Below, one piece after another: positions 41,701 through 54,900 of a stretch of 64,000 bases of DNA. The first letter of the stretch is position 1, and each line of letters begins with the position of its first letter. Source of the DNA: Trichoplax adhaerens (Eukaryota > Animalia > Placozoa); assembly GCF_000150275.1 (NCBI RefSeq), contig NW_002060961.1:682568-746567 (forward strand). Reading direction: 5' to 3'. Position numbers and translations under genes: made by a program. The notes beneath the pieces were generated by a model. That model did not search any database, was not told the DNA's origin, and worked only from the letters and a program-made list of their open reading frames with translations.

Positions 41701-44700
41701 AAGAAAATTGATCGTACAGTTCAGTTGGATTACCAATTAAAGGTGATTGCATCTAGTGGTCGCCATTGGACATCAACACAAGTTAATATCACTGCTGTAG
41801 ATATCACATCTTATATGCCATCGTGCCGACGAGCTAACATTAAGATGACGTTACCTTATCATATTGCTGTGGGAACACTCATACTTACGATCCAGCCTCA
41901 GGATATACAACGACAATATTACAGTAATTATACTTACACAATATATGGTGGTAGTAAAGCGTTTCGAATTGATCCTCATCGTGGCCAAATTAGAACATTA
42001 ACTGAATTTCAACGATATCAACCAAATTATGATTTGATTATTATAGCCACTAAAAGCCCTTCACATAACCCGCCTTCATGTCATATACAATTGCATGTTC
42101 AGTTTAGTAATATTGACAATAAACCACCTAGGTTTATAGCGACAAAATATCAGGCCACCCTTAAAAGCTACGCCCCTATCAATCATTTGTTATTACAGAT
42201 TATGGCTATTGATAATGATGAAGGTCAAGCTGGTAATTTAACTTATGGACTGATTGATTCTGTAAATGGAACATTTGTGTTAGATAGCCTAACAGGTCAA
42301 TTGTATCTTGGAAAATCGTTAATGGAACGCCCATCCTATAATTATACGTTGCTTGCTATTGCTAGTGATCATGGTGAGCCTAAAATGTCGGCAACAACGA
42401 AAATTATTGTATCAGTGTTCAACATTCAATCTTTATTGCCTCAATTTGAACTAGATTATTACATGGGTATTGTTTCTGAAGATGCACTACCTGGTACATG
42501 GATTGCTAATGTAAAAGCTAATCCAGGATACAATCAACATTATCATTATGGACCGATTATGTATACAATTATTCAACAGCAACCACTGCAGAAGGGTAAC
42601 GTCTTTCATATAGATGAAAAGACTGGAAATGTTACATTACAGCAACATTTAGATTATGAAAAAGTACGAGATTACAATGTAACGATTAAATGTTATTATG
42701 AGGATGATGAAATGTTGTATGATACTGCGACGTTATTAATTCATATCAAAGATAAAAATGATAACCGGCCGCAATTTTCCCGATCATCCTATATTGTCAA
42801 AATGCATAAATTAACATCAGCTGGTACACCAATTGTTCGCCTTGTTGCATATGATCGCGATAGCCGTGAAAATGCCAACATACGTTACTCAATTCTTACT
42901 CCAAATCAAGATTACTTTAATATGGATTCTAATACAGGTATTATAACGTTAGCTCGAGCGTTGGATAAGTACTATCGAAAGAGATATTATTTAACAATTC
43001 AAGCAAAAGATGATGGTTCACCGTCGTTAGCATCTACAACAGCTTTACAGGTTATAATCGACGAAGTTGGCGCAGTCTTTGAACCGAAAAGGTTTACCGC
43101 AACCGTTCATATAGGCACTCCTGTTGGGACAGAAGTATTAACTGTCAAAGCTAGCAATCTTGACTTCCAAATTAACCATATCTATTATCAAATGCTAAAT
43201 GCAACGACAATTTTTCAACTTGGCAATACCACAGGATTATTAACATTGGCTGATACGATTAAGCCAGAGCATAATCATACATTGCTTTTGGTTGATGTTT
43301 ACCATGCGTTAACAAAAGCTTTCGTTGCTAACGTAGAAATCTTCATTTATGTCAGATATAACGATGAGTTAGTAGCACAAGCTAGGCCAATTTCAACAAA
43401 TATTGCAAGCAGTCAATTGTCAGCTCAGCTTGGTCCAATTGGCCGAGTTAGAGTGGATAATCCAAGCTGGTTTTCTCGATTGCAATATGAACTAGAGTAT
43501 CTGGGACAGAACACTAGCGTACTTTCTGCTATAGTAATCGATCGTTATTACGGAAATATTAGTATCATTCAACCGCTACCGACAGGCAGATATCGATTTA
43601 ATATAAAAATGATCAGTCCTTATCAAATAGGCAAAACTTCGTTAGATATTACAATTAATGTAATTTCAATCCAGGCATTGGAAAATAGTGTTGCGCTTCG
43701 AATTCGATCGACATCAATAGCCCAGTTTTTGCAAAGTGGTGAATTACAAGTTTTAAAAGATGGTCTGCAAATGATTTTCCCACAATTACGGGTACTTATT
43801 ATTGGATTACAAAACAGCCAATCGACTGAAAGTGAGAATAGACAAAAACGCTCGATTCAAACACAAGAATTCCAATTTCTTGAAGCTATTGTTATGGTTA
43901 CTAACCTTGCTCAAACACAAGTTATCAACTCGAAATATGTTAAATATGTTATTAATAATAAGATCGATCGATTAAACGAATTTACGCGATTGAATATATC
44001 ATCCACTGAAGATAGCAGATGTGATCGCGCTTGCCCTCTAGGAACAATTTGTTATGTACAGCAAACTACCGCTAATAACAAAAACTCATATAATCAGCGA
44101 TGGCTGCCTAGGAATGGAACAACTGGATTTATTTCCGAAGAGTATCTATCTGTTGCTAAATGTTACTGTGATAATACCGCTAACGAATACGCCAACTGTA
44201 CTAGTAATAATCATACACTCAATGGTATAACGCCTTTCGAAGAGGAAGATGCTTGCCAAGCAAATCCATGTGCTGCAAATGAAAAATGCGTAAATCAGCC
44301 ACGCGGCTACCAATGTCTGTGCCAGAAAGAGAATCTACAAAGTTGCAGATCTCCAAAGTGTAGCCATGAAGTGTGTGATGATGGTAAGTTATCAAATTTG
44401 AATAGTTAATTCTATATAATACATCTTTATGTAAATAATCAATAAAAGAACATATATTGCGATCCCATCCTTTGAAAATAAAATCTACACCTTAAAGATT
44501 TTGACCGAAATAGTCATATAAGAATAAATATTAAAGCTCATATTAATTAGTTTTCTTGTCAGCAAAATGTATGAATATCATGTTAAATTCGATATTACTC
44601 ATATATAAACTGTAGTCAATATAAACTGGCAACATAGCAATGAAGATACCTAATAGATCTCTTTGGTGTGATATTAATGTTCTCTTTACCCCATTGGTCC

Positions 44701-47489
44701 TAGATAAAGCTATCTCGTTTACCAGCAAAAGTCTTATACGATATACATTGGATAAGTCGTTACTGTATCAACCTTTGCTATCGCTAAAACTCAAATTTAG
44801 AACTGTAGAAGAGAATGCGACTTTGATATATATTGGTAATAAACTGGATACCCTTGCTGTTATGGTGAGTAGTAATTATAAACTTGCTTTGTCAACAAGA
44901 GTTATAGTGATGCATCGAGTCTCTTGTAGGTCTAAATCTTTTATTTTGAAAATAAGCGATGTCCAATATTTATAAGAAAATTAAAAAAAAAAAGTAGTGC
45001 ATGCATGTTGTTGGATAATTGCTGAAATGATATATTATCTTTTACAGTTAATGGGTGGCTATATCCGCATTGTATGTAAATATAACGAGCTAATACAAAC
45101 TATTACGATAAACTGGATTACATTTAATGATGGTCAATGGCATCAATTGCAATTAACACAAAGTGGGAGAAAGTTAATTCTAAAACTTGATATGGGCTTA
45201 AATACGGCATCAACTTTAGTCAACGGTGCATTCCGAATCGAGGATATGGAATCTGGATATGTTTTACTTGGTACTGCAGCTTTACAATCTGCCAATAGTC
45301 CATTATCTAGGTTAATCCAAGCAAGAAATTTTGTAGGTTGTATACAAGACTTTGAAATAAATGACAATTTAATGTCACCATGGGGTAAAAATATTCAATC
45401 CAGTGATTATATGCAAAATATTGAGAAGGGATGTCTATCATCAGACTTATGCTTATTACAACCATGCCCATCAAATCATTCTGTTTGTGTCAGTGGCTGG
45501 AATTCATATCGATGCGAGTGCCCGGGGGGCTATTTTGGACCTAATTGTGGAAATGGATCATTAATAACTAATTCTTGCGAACAAGATCCTTGCGGTAGTC
45601 GAGGTCAGTGTATCGAAAACGCAACCTATGTTGGATGCCAGTGTTATCCACCTTATACTGGTGAATTTTGTGAGGCTAAAATAGATTATTGCTCCATTCA
45701 TCCATGCTACAATAATGGTACTTGTGTTAGCACAGTGAATGGTCCTAAATGTCAGTGCAATAGTGCTTACTCTGGTCGCCATTGTGAAAAAATGTTTGCA
45801 TATCCATGTGGTAGCCAACTTTGCAATATTTTAACTACTTGTATAACCCATGCCAAATCATCCAGATGCATTTGTAATAACGCAATGACAAGCTGTCCGT
45901 TAAAATGCGCTGATCGTCCGTGTATTAATGCTATTAACTGTGTTGATAGTGATCTTAGACCAAATTGTACGTGCAAACCTGGCTATTATGGCATTGCCTG
46001 CGAACAAGATATTGATGAATGTTTATCAAATCCGTGCAATAATGAAGGTCAATGTATTAACTATCCTGGATCATTTGCTTGCAAGTGTACAGCTGACTAT
46101 GAAGGCGAATTATGTCTAACACCTAAACTCCGATTTGCACCATTAACTGGATCAGGTGGAATGCCGTTAGAGGATATATTAGGCATGAGTTTATTTATAG
46201 TAGCAGGGGTGGTTTTGGTTAGTCTCTTTATTATTTGGCGAAAGTGTAGAGTGCATTTTACCCAGAAAGTAACGATAAGCAATCCTCAACCCCCTATTGC
46301 AACACCTGGTGAGCAATTGCCACCGTTAAACGGTAGAGCGTCTCCAAGGCAAATTAAAGAAGATAAGGAAAAGCGTAAATCACCTGTATCTCCACGAAAA
46401 GATGCAATTGCTCCTAATTCTGAAGATGAAGATGTTAGTCAGTCAGAGATTGAAGTTGATGTTAAGAACCATAGCATCGATGAAACGGACAAAAAAATTA
46501 CAACCTTAAATCAAATTGAATTAGAGAAGTCGATTCGAATAAATGTCAACGAAATTTCTAGTGGTAGATCATCTGCTTTAAGTTATCAGCGCCAACAAAG
46601 CAATAATCATCTTTCACCTACTAAGTTAAAAGATGATGCTGCGAGTTTCTTTATATCGTCTGAAGGTGAAGATACAAGTTGGAATACCTCTTATTCAGCA
46701 ACAGAATCAGCTGAATGCGCTCGAGTTCGAAGATCTAAATTAAAGGGAAAATTGCCAACGTCATCATTTTATGGGCCAAATATTAAAGTCAATAAAGTTT
46801 CGCTTGGATATTCAAATAATAGTGATAATAGCAGTATTTCTAGTGCTTCATATGATTCTGAAATTGCTAATAGTACGTTTAGTGTTCGTGACATGTTAAA
46901 ATCTCGTCAAAGTCGGCAATTAGACAGAGCAAAGATTAGCCAATCACATCGACGTTACGAGAATTATTCTGCACAGCCTGAAGTACATTCTTCGCCACAA
47001 ATTGAAGATTATGCCCATTATCCCGGTCGACATGGCGCACAAGGTGAAGATTTCCCACAGCGGCTAACTTCCTCTTGGGATCCTAGGCGACAAAGAATGC
47101 GATTTAGCCTTCCTTTGCCAGTATCCGATACAGATGGTGGATGTACAAGTAGCGATAGCAGTGAGCGTGCAGTTCGTAAAACCAAGAGCGTTTTCGAACG
47201 TAAAATTGAGTCGGCTTTAGCTTTTCGCTTACGTGAGATGGATCGTCGATTCATATTTAATAAGCAAGTCGATGAAGTCAAGATATATAAAGATGCCGGG
47301 CCGGTGACCGATCATGATAGCGACAGCTCCAGTCTAAGTACGTTATCGTTTACAAGTTCAGTTGATGAAAATGGTGCTTGCTCTAATGACGGCGGTAGTA
47401 CTGACCGATTTACTTGGGATTATACCGATATGAATATCGAGGAGTTTCCAGTTGGCTACGTAGACATAAATCCTTGCTCAGATGTATAG
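32770..47489 (+). CDS. FAT: Fat-like giant protocadherin (Fat1/2/3-Kugelei type); coding exons 32770-44383, 44704-44864, 45048-47489; about 4738 aa: signal peptide, >30 cadherin repeats, EGF, one laminin-G, about 6 EGF, TM, ~415-aa cytoplasmic tail
   Basis: N-terminal signal peptide; many DxNDNxPxF, LDYE and AxDxD cadherin motifs; phase-consistent GT-AG junctions; LamG (LKFRT..NDGQWH..NFVGCIQDF); Ca-binding EGF DIDECLSNPC; TM at about 46177-46239. The first repeat (RVGIY..DNFNQLIIQS), YTPTYAGV, the single LamG and the tail motif WDYTD..IEEFP match the Fat1-3 subfamily rather than Fat4. Confidence 0.95.
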
Positions 47490-48334
47490 TTAGTCCCGTT
47501 CAATTTATGCCTCATACGAAAGATACAAAGATCTAGATCATATCCATATTATCGGCATACATATTGCCTTGATTGCTATAATAATCATGTACAATTATAA
47601 TTGTAATCTGATTTATCATTAGGTGGATGAGTTTATATGATATCTTTTACTCCGGCGGGGATATGTCAACAAATCTAAATCGATGAGGCTATTTTATATT
47701 TATTCTAGTAGGAGAAGATTTGTGTACGTATACAACTGATAGGTCTACAGTTAGTGAAATTATTGATCAATGTCGCACAATTCGCCTATCTCTTTACTAG
47801 TACCAGTTGGAAAAAAAAAATGCGAATCCTTTGCCATGCTATCGACAATAACGTCGGAAATGTGTTTCTGAATTCGAGGAAATAAAGTGCTTGCTTACAT
47901 TCCGTAGAATAATTACGGTAACTACAGTTTATAGACCTTAGCTGATTGAAATTATCAATTCTATTCTGGTTATAAATATCGTGCCATTACTTGACTTAAT
48001 TCCGAATTTAGTGTCATACTAATATTTATTATTACCACCATTTTATTCATACTTTAAAAAACTTTAATCTATATTTGAGGACGGCAACGATTGATTGTCA
48101 CTTTTATTATTATTATTATTATTGTAAAAATTGACCTAAGTTGGCAAATTTGGTTTCATTATGTTACTATTAACCTTTTTATGCTACTTTTAAAAACTTG
48201 TTATGGCCACTAAATTAAATTTGATAATTTTGAGACTTTTTATTACGGCAAAATTGATAGTTTGATATTGCACTGGGTATCTTTCATTAATTATGTGCAA
48301 TTGAACTAGCGTATGCCTGCTTCGCTTAAAATAT

Positions 48335-48365
48335 TAATAATAATAATAATAATTATAATAATATT
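48335..48365. repeat. (TAA)n low-complexity tract in the AT-rich convergent 3' UTR region
   Basis: TAATAATAATAATAATAATTATAATAATA seen directly. Confidence 0.8.
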
Positions 48366-49471
48366 GTTGTAGTAATAATTCTATCCAAATGCTGCACTTA
48401 ATGGACTGTTTTATTACTAACGTTAAACGATGATGAGAATGCAGTCATGATTAACACACTATAATTATGCTATATTATCACTAACGCTATTGCTCTTGAT
48501 AATATTCCTATTATTAATATTATTCTTAAGTCTATAATATTAATTTTTTTTATTAATATTATTCTATTGTTATAATAATTATTATCTAAACTGCTATTGT
48601 ATTTTATATCATAAAGAAGATTGGATGCCAAGTGATCATATCGCATTTTATTTTTGATCACGGATTACTTGCGATCTTATACAATTCTAGGGTTGCGTAA
48701 TTTGTGCTATTATAGATGCGATATACAATAATATCATTTGATTAGGCAAGTAAAATGGTGAGAAAAATCAATGGACTTTAATTTCCATTTGAAGATATAA
48801 AATACATCTACGTGTACATGTATTGTATGTATTATAAGTATTATTCTATCAAGCTAAAACATGTATACTGAGAGAACAAAAATATATCAAGAGTTTGTTT
48901 TGATAATAATTAATTCATAGATAATATACATTTATAACAGTAATAGAACGAAGTAATGTACAGGGAAGATTGAAAATTGTAATATTGTATTATTAGTTAT
49001 TAATATGTACTAATAAACTAGGCTATCTAAACAGCCATGATATATGACAACCTTATTCTTGTCATGAGTCCATCTTGTTACGTAAACATAATAAGTTTCT
49101 TGTTACAGCCGAGAAATCAATTCTTTAATAAATAGAATATTGACATTGATTGTATGGTTAAGCAGCAATTAACTATTGAATATGTTATCATCGTCAGATT
49201 CTGATTTACTACTAATTATCTCTTTAAGAAGTAGACAAAATAAAATTCGCACTTGTCATTTTCTATTCGATATTATCTTGTTGTTACGGCATATAGATAT
49301 ATTCAATGCTGCTCATAGTATTAGTCTTTAGTCGACAAGTTTTGTCACAATCTGAAATATAATATAAAAATAGAAAGGGTTATTTAAAATTGATTGTAGC
49401 AATGATATCCACGCAATGCCAGATTGCTGCAAAGTAATGATAGTCGAATATTGCCTAATTAACAATGATGA

Positions 49472-52400
49472 TTAAACGACATCATTATTATTTCCTTGCG
49501 GCATGACATTGGGTACCGGAATTTCATCATCATTAATAGCACTAGTCGAAGCCATGATGCGCTCTACTTGATAGCGTTCCTGTAATAAAATGGATAAAAT
49601 TTTACTTTTATAATAGCAATAGTAGAAGCATCATATAAATAACCAATTTCAAATGTTAGCTCGCCTTTCTCTCCGCTAAACGAACAGAGTATGGAACATC
49701 AGGTATAACACTTGCTAGGAAGTATTTTAAGGCAAATACTCCATGCTAATTGTATTTATGATAAAAATTGATGATATATTAATATCACTCTAATAAGTAA
49801 ATTGCCGAAAGTGAAGAAAAAATATGTAGACGTAAATTATAGTTAGTTATATGTATGGTGTATAAGTATACGCGTATGCTTGAACCATTTAAAGATTTTA
49901 TATAATTGATCAAAAATGGACCAATATACCATAAACGCTTACCTCAAAGGCGACAACAATCCACAAGGCTCGATCACTAGCAGTTTGGATATTGATATAT
50001 GTGGCAAATGATGAGGTAAAAGCGATTAAGAAAGCATTACTGACCACTCCAGCAATGTTCAAAAAGTTCAAAATCGGCATCCACATTCCTATAACGAAGA
50101 ATAACATTAATTGACATTCCAGCAGAACTGAACAATTCTAAATTGCTTTATTCTTTACGTATGAAATTGTGCTAAAAGATCAGTACTAGATTATTAAAAT
50201 AGTTACCAATATGCTGAGCCCGATTAGCAAGTAAACGGCGATCGTAATGCAATAAACGCCGACAGTCAATTCTCATGTCTACAGACATGATTAGTATAGC
50301 TAGTAATGGAGCCAGTGGAAATGCAGTAGCAAATAGCTGTATATATAACAAATAAAATGAAATTATTACTTTGATCTTAGAATAGCGATTTTAGAGCCTA
50401 AAATGCTACATCTATTTGCAATATCTAGAGAAGTCGATATAAAAAAGTTAATCAATTAAGTGGATTGCAAAGATCGTGGCTACTACATACCATAAGATAT
50501 CCATACATAAGAACTAGTTCATGAAGAAAAATCGAATAAATTTAGAGTTAACACATGAAATAGCTTATTTCAACTATATTAAAGATTTATTTTTATAGAA
50601 AGTAATTCATAACTAACTTTTTTCAGTATATTCGGACATTGTAAAATCTTCTGTTTTATATAAATAATATTCTTTTGCAAGAGCATTTTCTTCTACTTCT
50701 GGATGAATATCGCTTCCTTTCTTGGTACATTTGTTGATAAAAATTTGCTTTAGCCATCTGTTATAAAGAGATTAATACGTTAGAAGCTCTTAAGTTAAGA
50801 TTTGATGCATTGTATTGCATAAAACCAAAATTCATAAATAGAAGATACAATTAAACATACGGCAATATTATATCTCGGAAGAATTTTGGCATCGGCTTAA
50901 CTATGAGTAATACTGCCACTTGTATCGTCAATAGTGACATGCAATCATCATCAGTACCACAAGAATCGCGATATTGAGTGCCTAAATTGAACAGTCCAGC
51001 TCTCTGAATGTCCTATTAAATATGATTTGAAGAGCAATAGTAAGCATAAGTGGATTATTGGTACAGGTGGTCTTCGATATGGTAGTTATATGTAGGATAA
51101 CTATTTTAAAAGCTAAACGAGTTAAAGATTCTATTCTTATTCCGAAATAAGGCACTTTACCTTGCGAAAAAATGCAATATAGAAAAGTGAAGTATAAGAG
51201 TTGACAAATTGAAAGGCAAATGTCTTTAGAATTAACGAATCATCATATTCTGTTTGAGTACGATAATTCTCTAAAAATTGAATATGCGAACCACAATGAT
51301 CAGAATGGGGTTTTCGATCGCCATATTCATATTACTAAATAATTTGAAGCGGTAACACAATAGAGACTACTATTTTAAATTCCTACCCCAATCGTTCAAC
51401 CATTTTGCAATTTTTGAATAAATCTATGGCATGATATGAAAGATAATAAGATAAATAGGTTATTTTATAACCCATTTAGAGCTATAAAACAATCACTACA
51501 TTGAGAATTAAAATTCTTACTCGTCCTAGGATCATAATAGAAATAGTGTTCAATAAGCTTGAAGTTATGGAGAAAAACCAATTGCTATACTGAAAATTTA
51601 GCTGGCTATTAATTTTCAGAATGACACGGAAGGCAATAACAGCTGTAACACTAGCAATAACCAAGAAAACCTGAATAATTTATTGGTCAAGATAAAGGAA
51701 ATGTGTTATTCTCATCAAGTTAACTTAATTGATATATTGGATAAAGTGAAAGCGCAGAATTCTTATAAAATGAGCATTTATCATATACCATAAAAAGTAG
51801 ACAAACTCCAGATGCAAGAAGTTTCATAATTCTCTTCGATATTGGATAAATTGGAGTTTCAACGCCAGTTACCGGATCCTATCCAATTATTCGATATTAA
51901 ATTTTCGTAAATTGTTGACAATACATTGCTTTAGAGATTAATTAGTAAAATGTACCTTAGCAAGCTTAGTTCCATAAAATTCAGGCCGATTTGGTTCCTA
52001 CATATAATTATGTTATCATAATGAGCAGAAATGAAAGACTGATTTAGAATAGAAAAACTATCATCGGACATTTATCTATGATGTAGTAATAAATAATTTT
52101 CACGTTTGTTCCATTTAGTGCTATACTCGATAAAAAATTCATTGGGAGTAATATTACATATATGATAAGCTAAACGAAATGCGGTTCAAATATATAAAAG
52201 AAAATTGATAATTTTCAATGCTTAACGAAAATACACAACAAACTGGTTAGGTATCACCTAAGAAGGGATTTGTACATAGTATGATAACCTAGCTGTGAAT
52301 TTTGTTTTAGTGTAGTATTTTGTGTAGAATACGTTCTCGCTCATTTGAACGGGTGCTTGGCTAGTTTGCATGAGTACGATAGAGACGATATTAAAATGCA

Positions 52401-54900
52401 AAAGGATCTTTAGTCCTTACCCTACAATCACATATTCTATAAAATATTTATTTACAATGATTCTGTATAAGCATATAAAAGATATCGTTAGATTGTCAGT
52501 GTTTTGTATACTTTGCCAAATAGAACATACGCGTGATGTAAATAGGAATCACTTAAGCAAATGTCTAATTATAATTATTGCTTTACTGTTAGCAACCTAG
52601 TACAGTCATGTTGCGCAGCATGTTTTATATTAAGGATAGACATATAGATATCAAAATTTTAGTTATTTGATTTTTTTACCTGTAACTCATAATTGTTGAC
52701 ATCCCATTTGTAGGCTAATGTCGCGCACTTTCGTTTCCACATTTCAACAAAGATTGTACCTATAGAAACAATAAATGTGATTTTGATTAATTTCTGTTAT
52801 TTTGGTGTCGGTTTTAAGTTATATTGTATCTGGGTTAGGGGTGATCCAAACAAAATCGATAACTCTAGGTTACTTCTATAAGCTTATTATTCTTAATATT
52901 TACCCCAGATGCAAACTACTAATCCATAATAAGGGGTAACTTCATTATCGCAAGCTTTACTTAACCAAGTGTAATCAAGATTTGTACCATTTTTGTACTG
53001 CGCTATGTAGCTGCAATCAATGGATGAATATAGCAGAGAAAGAGCAATAAAAATGGTACATGTTTAATATTAGAATTCAGTATTGAAGTTCTACTTGAAA
53101 ACTAGCAATTCCGTAATGAAATAAATTAGCGTCTATTTTAGTAAAATACCTAAAGTATAGACCGTAAATCATGCATCCAGCGCCAAAGAGCATGGGTATA
53201 AATAATGATGAAATTAACAATCCTATGTAAGAAAAAAATTGGACGATTAATAAAAGATCTATCTATCTAAATAATAATTATCTGAGGATTAAAAAAGTAA
53301 CATTATACCTAGCCAAGCAAAGTAGAGGGCAATCTTTTCACCAAAATAATTGCGAATTCTCCATAATGGCTGAAATTGGAAACAACTTCCCCATGAACGA
53401 TATAATTCTTCACGCTCAGTATTTCCTATTTTACTCGCGACCTTTTTACCATTAACGAATGGATTATGCAAGACGAATGCATCCGAATATGCTTTTTGCA
53501 TGATTAAATATAATAGGCCTAAAGTAAATTCAGCAAATAAAGTTTGTTTAAGTAGTTTGCATGTGTTAGACGATGGTAGAATTCTTCGATATAGAAATTG
53601 TCCATATTGCTATACCCCGGCAATTTATCTTGTCTTCTGTATCAGCTCCTTGACGGATGTCCGTATTAATCAATATATTATGGACCTAAAGTTAAGCATT
53701 AATGTTATCGTAGTGAGATCGTTAAAGAAAATTTCTACCATACAATTTGTAGTCTAATAGTCTGAAATAGAAATCTTTTCATTAGCTACTATCCTTGTGC
53801 TTAACTAACCAGTAATGAACGAACAGAATTGCGAAAGAAGGATCTTGATTTTTCGACTCCTTCGAAGGCTTGCCTCTTATTCCATACAAATGGAGCGCTA
53901 ACATAATCCACTAGACATAAATTTACAACGTAATCGTTTAATTTATATCTAATAGAAATCGATTAATTTTATAATGGAATGATTTCAAAGTTTGTTATAG
54001 AGTTAACAAGGATAATGTATTTCTATAATCTCTCAATTATGTAGGAGATCAAAATGGTAGAAATTAATCAGTATTACAAACCTTGTTCATCAGTACGGAA
54101 GAGCCTACCAATGCAACCTTTTGGTTCCTCATTGATTTGTAACTAGAAGTTATCATGACATAGGATTAAATCAATATGGTATTAAAAATAAGATCGAATT
54201 ACCGGTAATGAGTTGATTAACCAACAGAAATCATATTTTTTTAACTGTATCTAACAATAAATCGTTTGATTCTGAATTTATTGACAAGAACAGAAAATAC
54301 TTATAAACTTGAAAGAATTGATAGTACGGAATGAAATTAATACTCTAAGAAATTGTGAATGTTATCAAATAGTCATTTACTGATAACTCGATTAGACGAT
54401 ACAGTATCTTGTTTTTAAGATTTAGCGCTTTTAGTAGCAACAATCTATTTGAAAATATAGCTTAGATACAAGGGATGGATAATAGATAAGAATAGACAGT
54501 TTACATGCATACTTACTCCTGCTAGATCCATTTCGTAATTGACTTTTTCCGCTTCTTTACCCATCCTTTTAAAAGGGCAATAGATTTTAACAAAATTGAG
54601 ATGTAAAACTTTCTCATACGTTACTTGTAAACCATCTTCTTGTAGTCTCTCTTCGAAAATTTGTCTCTGTTCAGCTCTTTCTACTTCTCTTGGATTGCTT
54701 GGATCGTCACAATCTTTATAAACTAAAACGTAATCAATGGGTCGTTCGGTCGGTTCTTCCAGTGAATAACTAGCAATTTCATCGTGGAATTCTGTAGCAG
54801 TGGCTACTTGAACTTGTGGTGGGGGCAGTTTTCCCTTACCATATGAGGACTTATCATATAATTTTTCAATATCGATGTTTTCTGTTGACTTTTTGGGCAT
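49472..54900 (-). CDS. Anoctamin / TMEM16 family Ca2+-activated channel or scramblase, about 20 exons
   Basis: Peptides DYVLVY, FVKIYCPF, QPLWRIRNYFGEKIALYFAWLG, WKRKCATLAYKWDV, EPNRPEFYG, LNDWENYRTQTEYDDSLILKTFAFQFVNSYTSLFYIAF, EYTEK, LFATAFPLAPLLA, DMRID, IGMWMPIL, VSNAFLIAFTS and IPDVP are diagnostic anoctamin motifs. The last exon and stop (49472) are less certain. Confidence 0.93.

Noticed and set aside
34228-47281. Short antisense and alternative-frame ORFs inside the Fat CDS
   Set aside because: Expected shadows of a long coding sequence; no motifs or splice support.
46240-47400. WIRS (WAVE-binding) or Ena/VASP FPPPP motifs in the Fat tail
   Set aside because: Candidate S/T-F sites lack the required upstream bulky hydrophobic residue, and no F/LPPPP is present.
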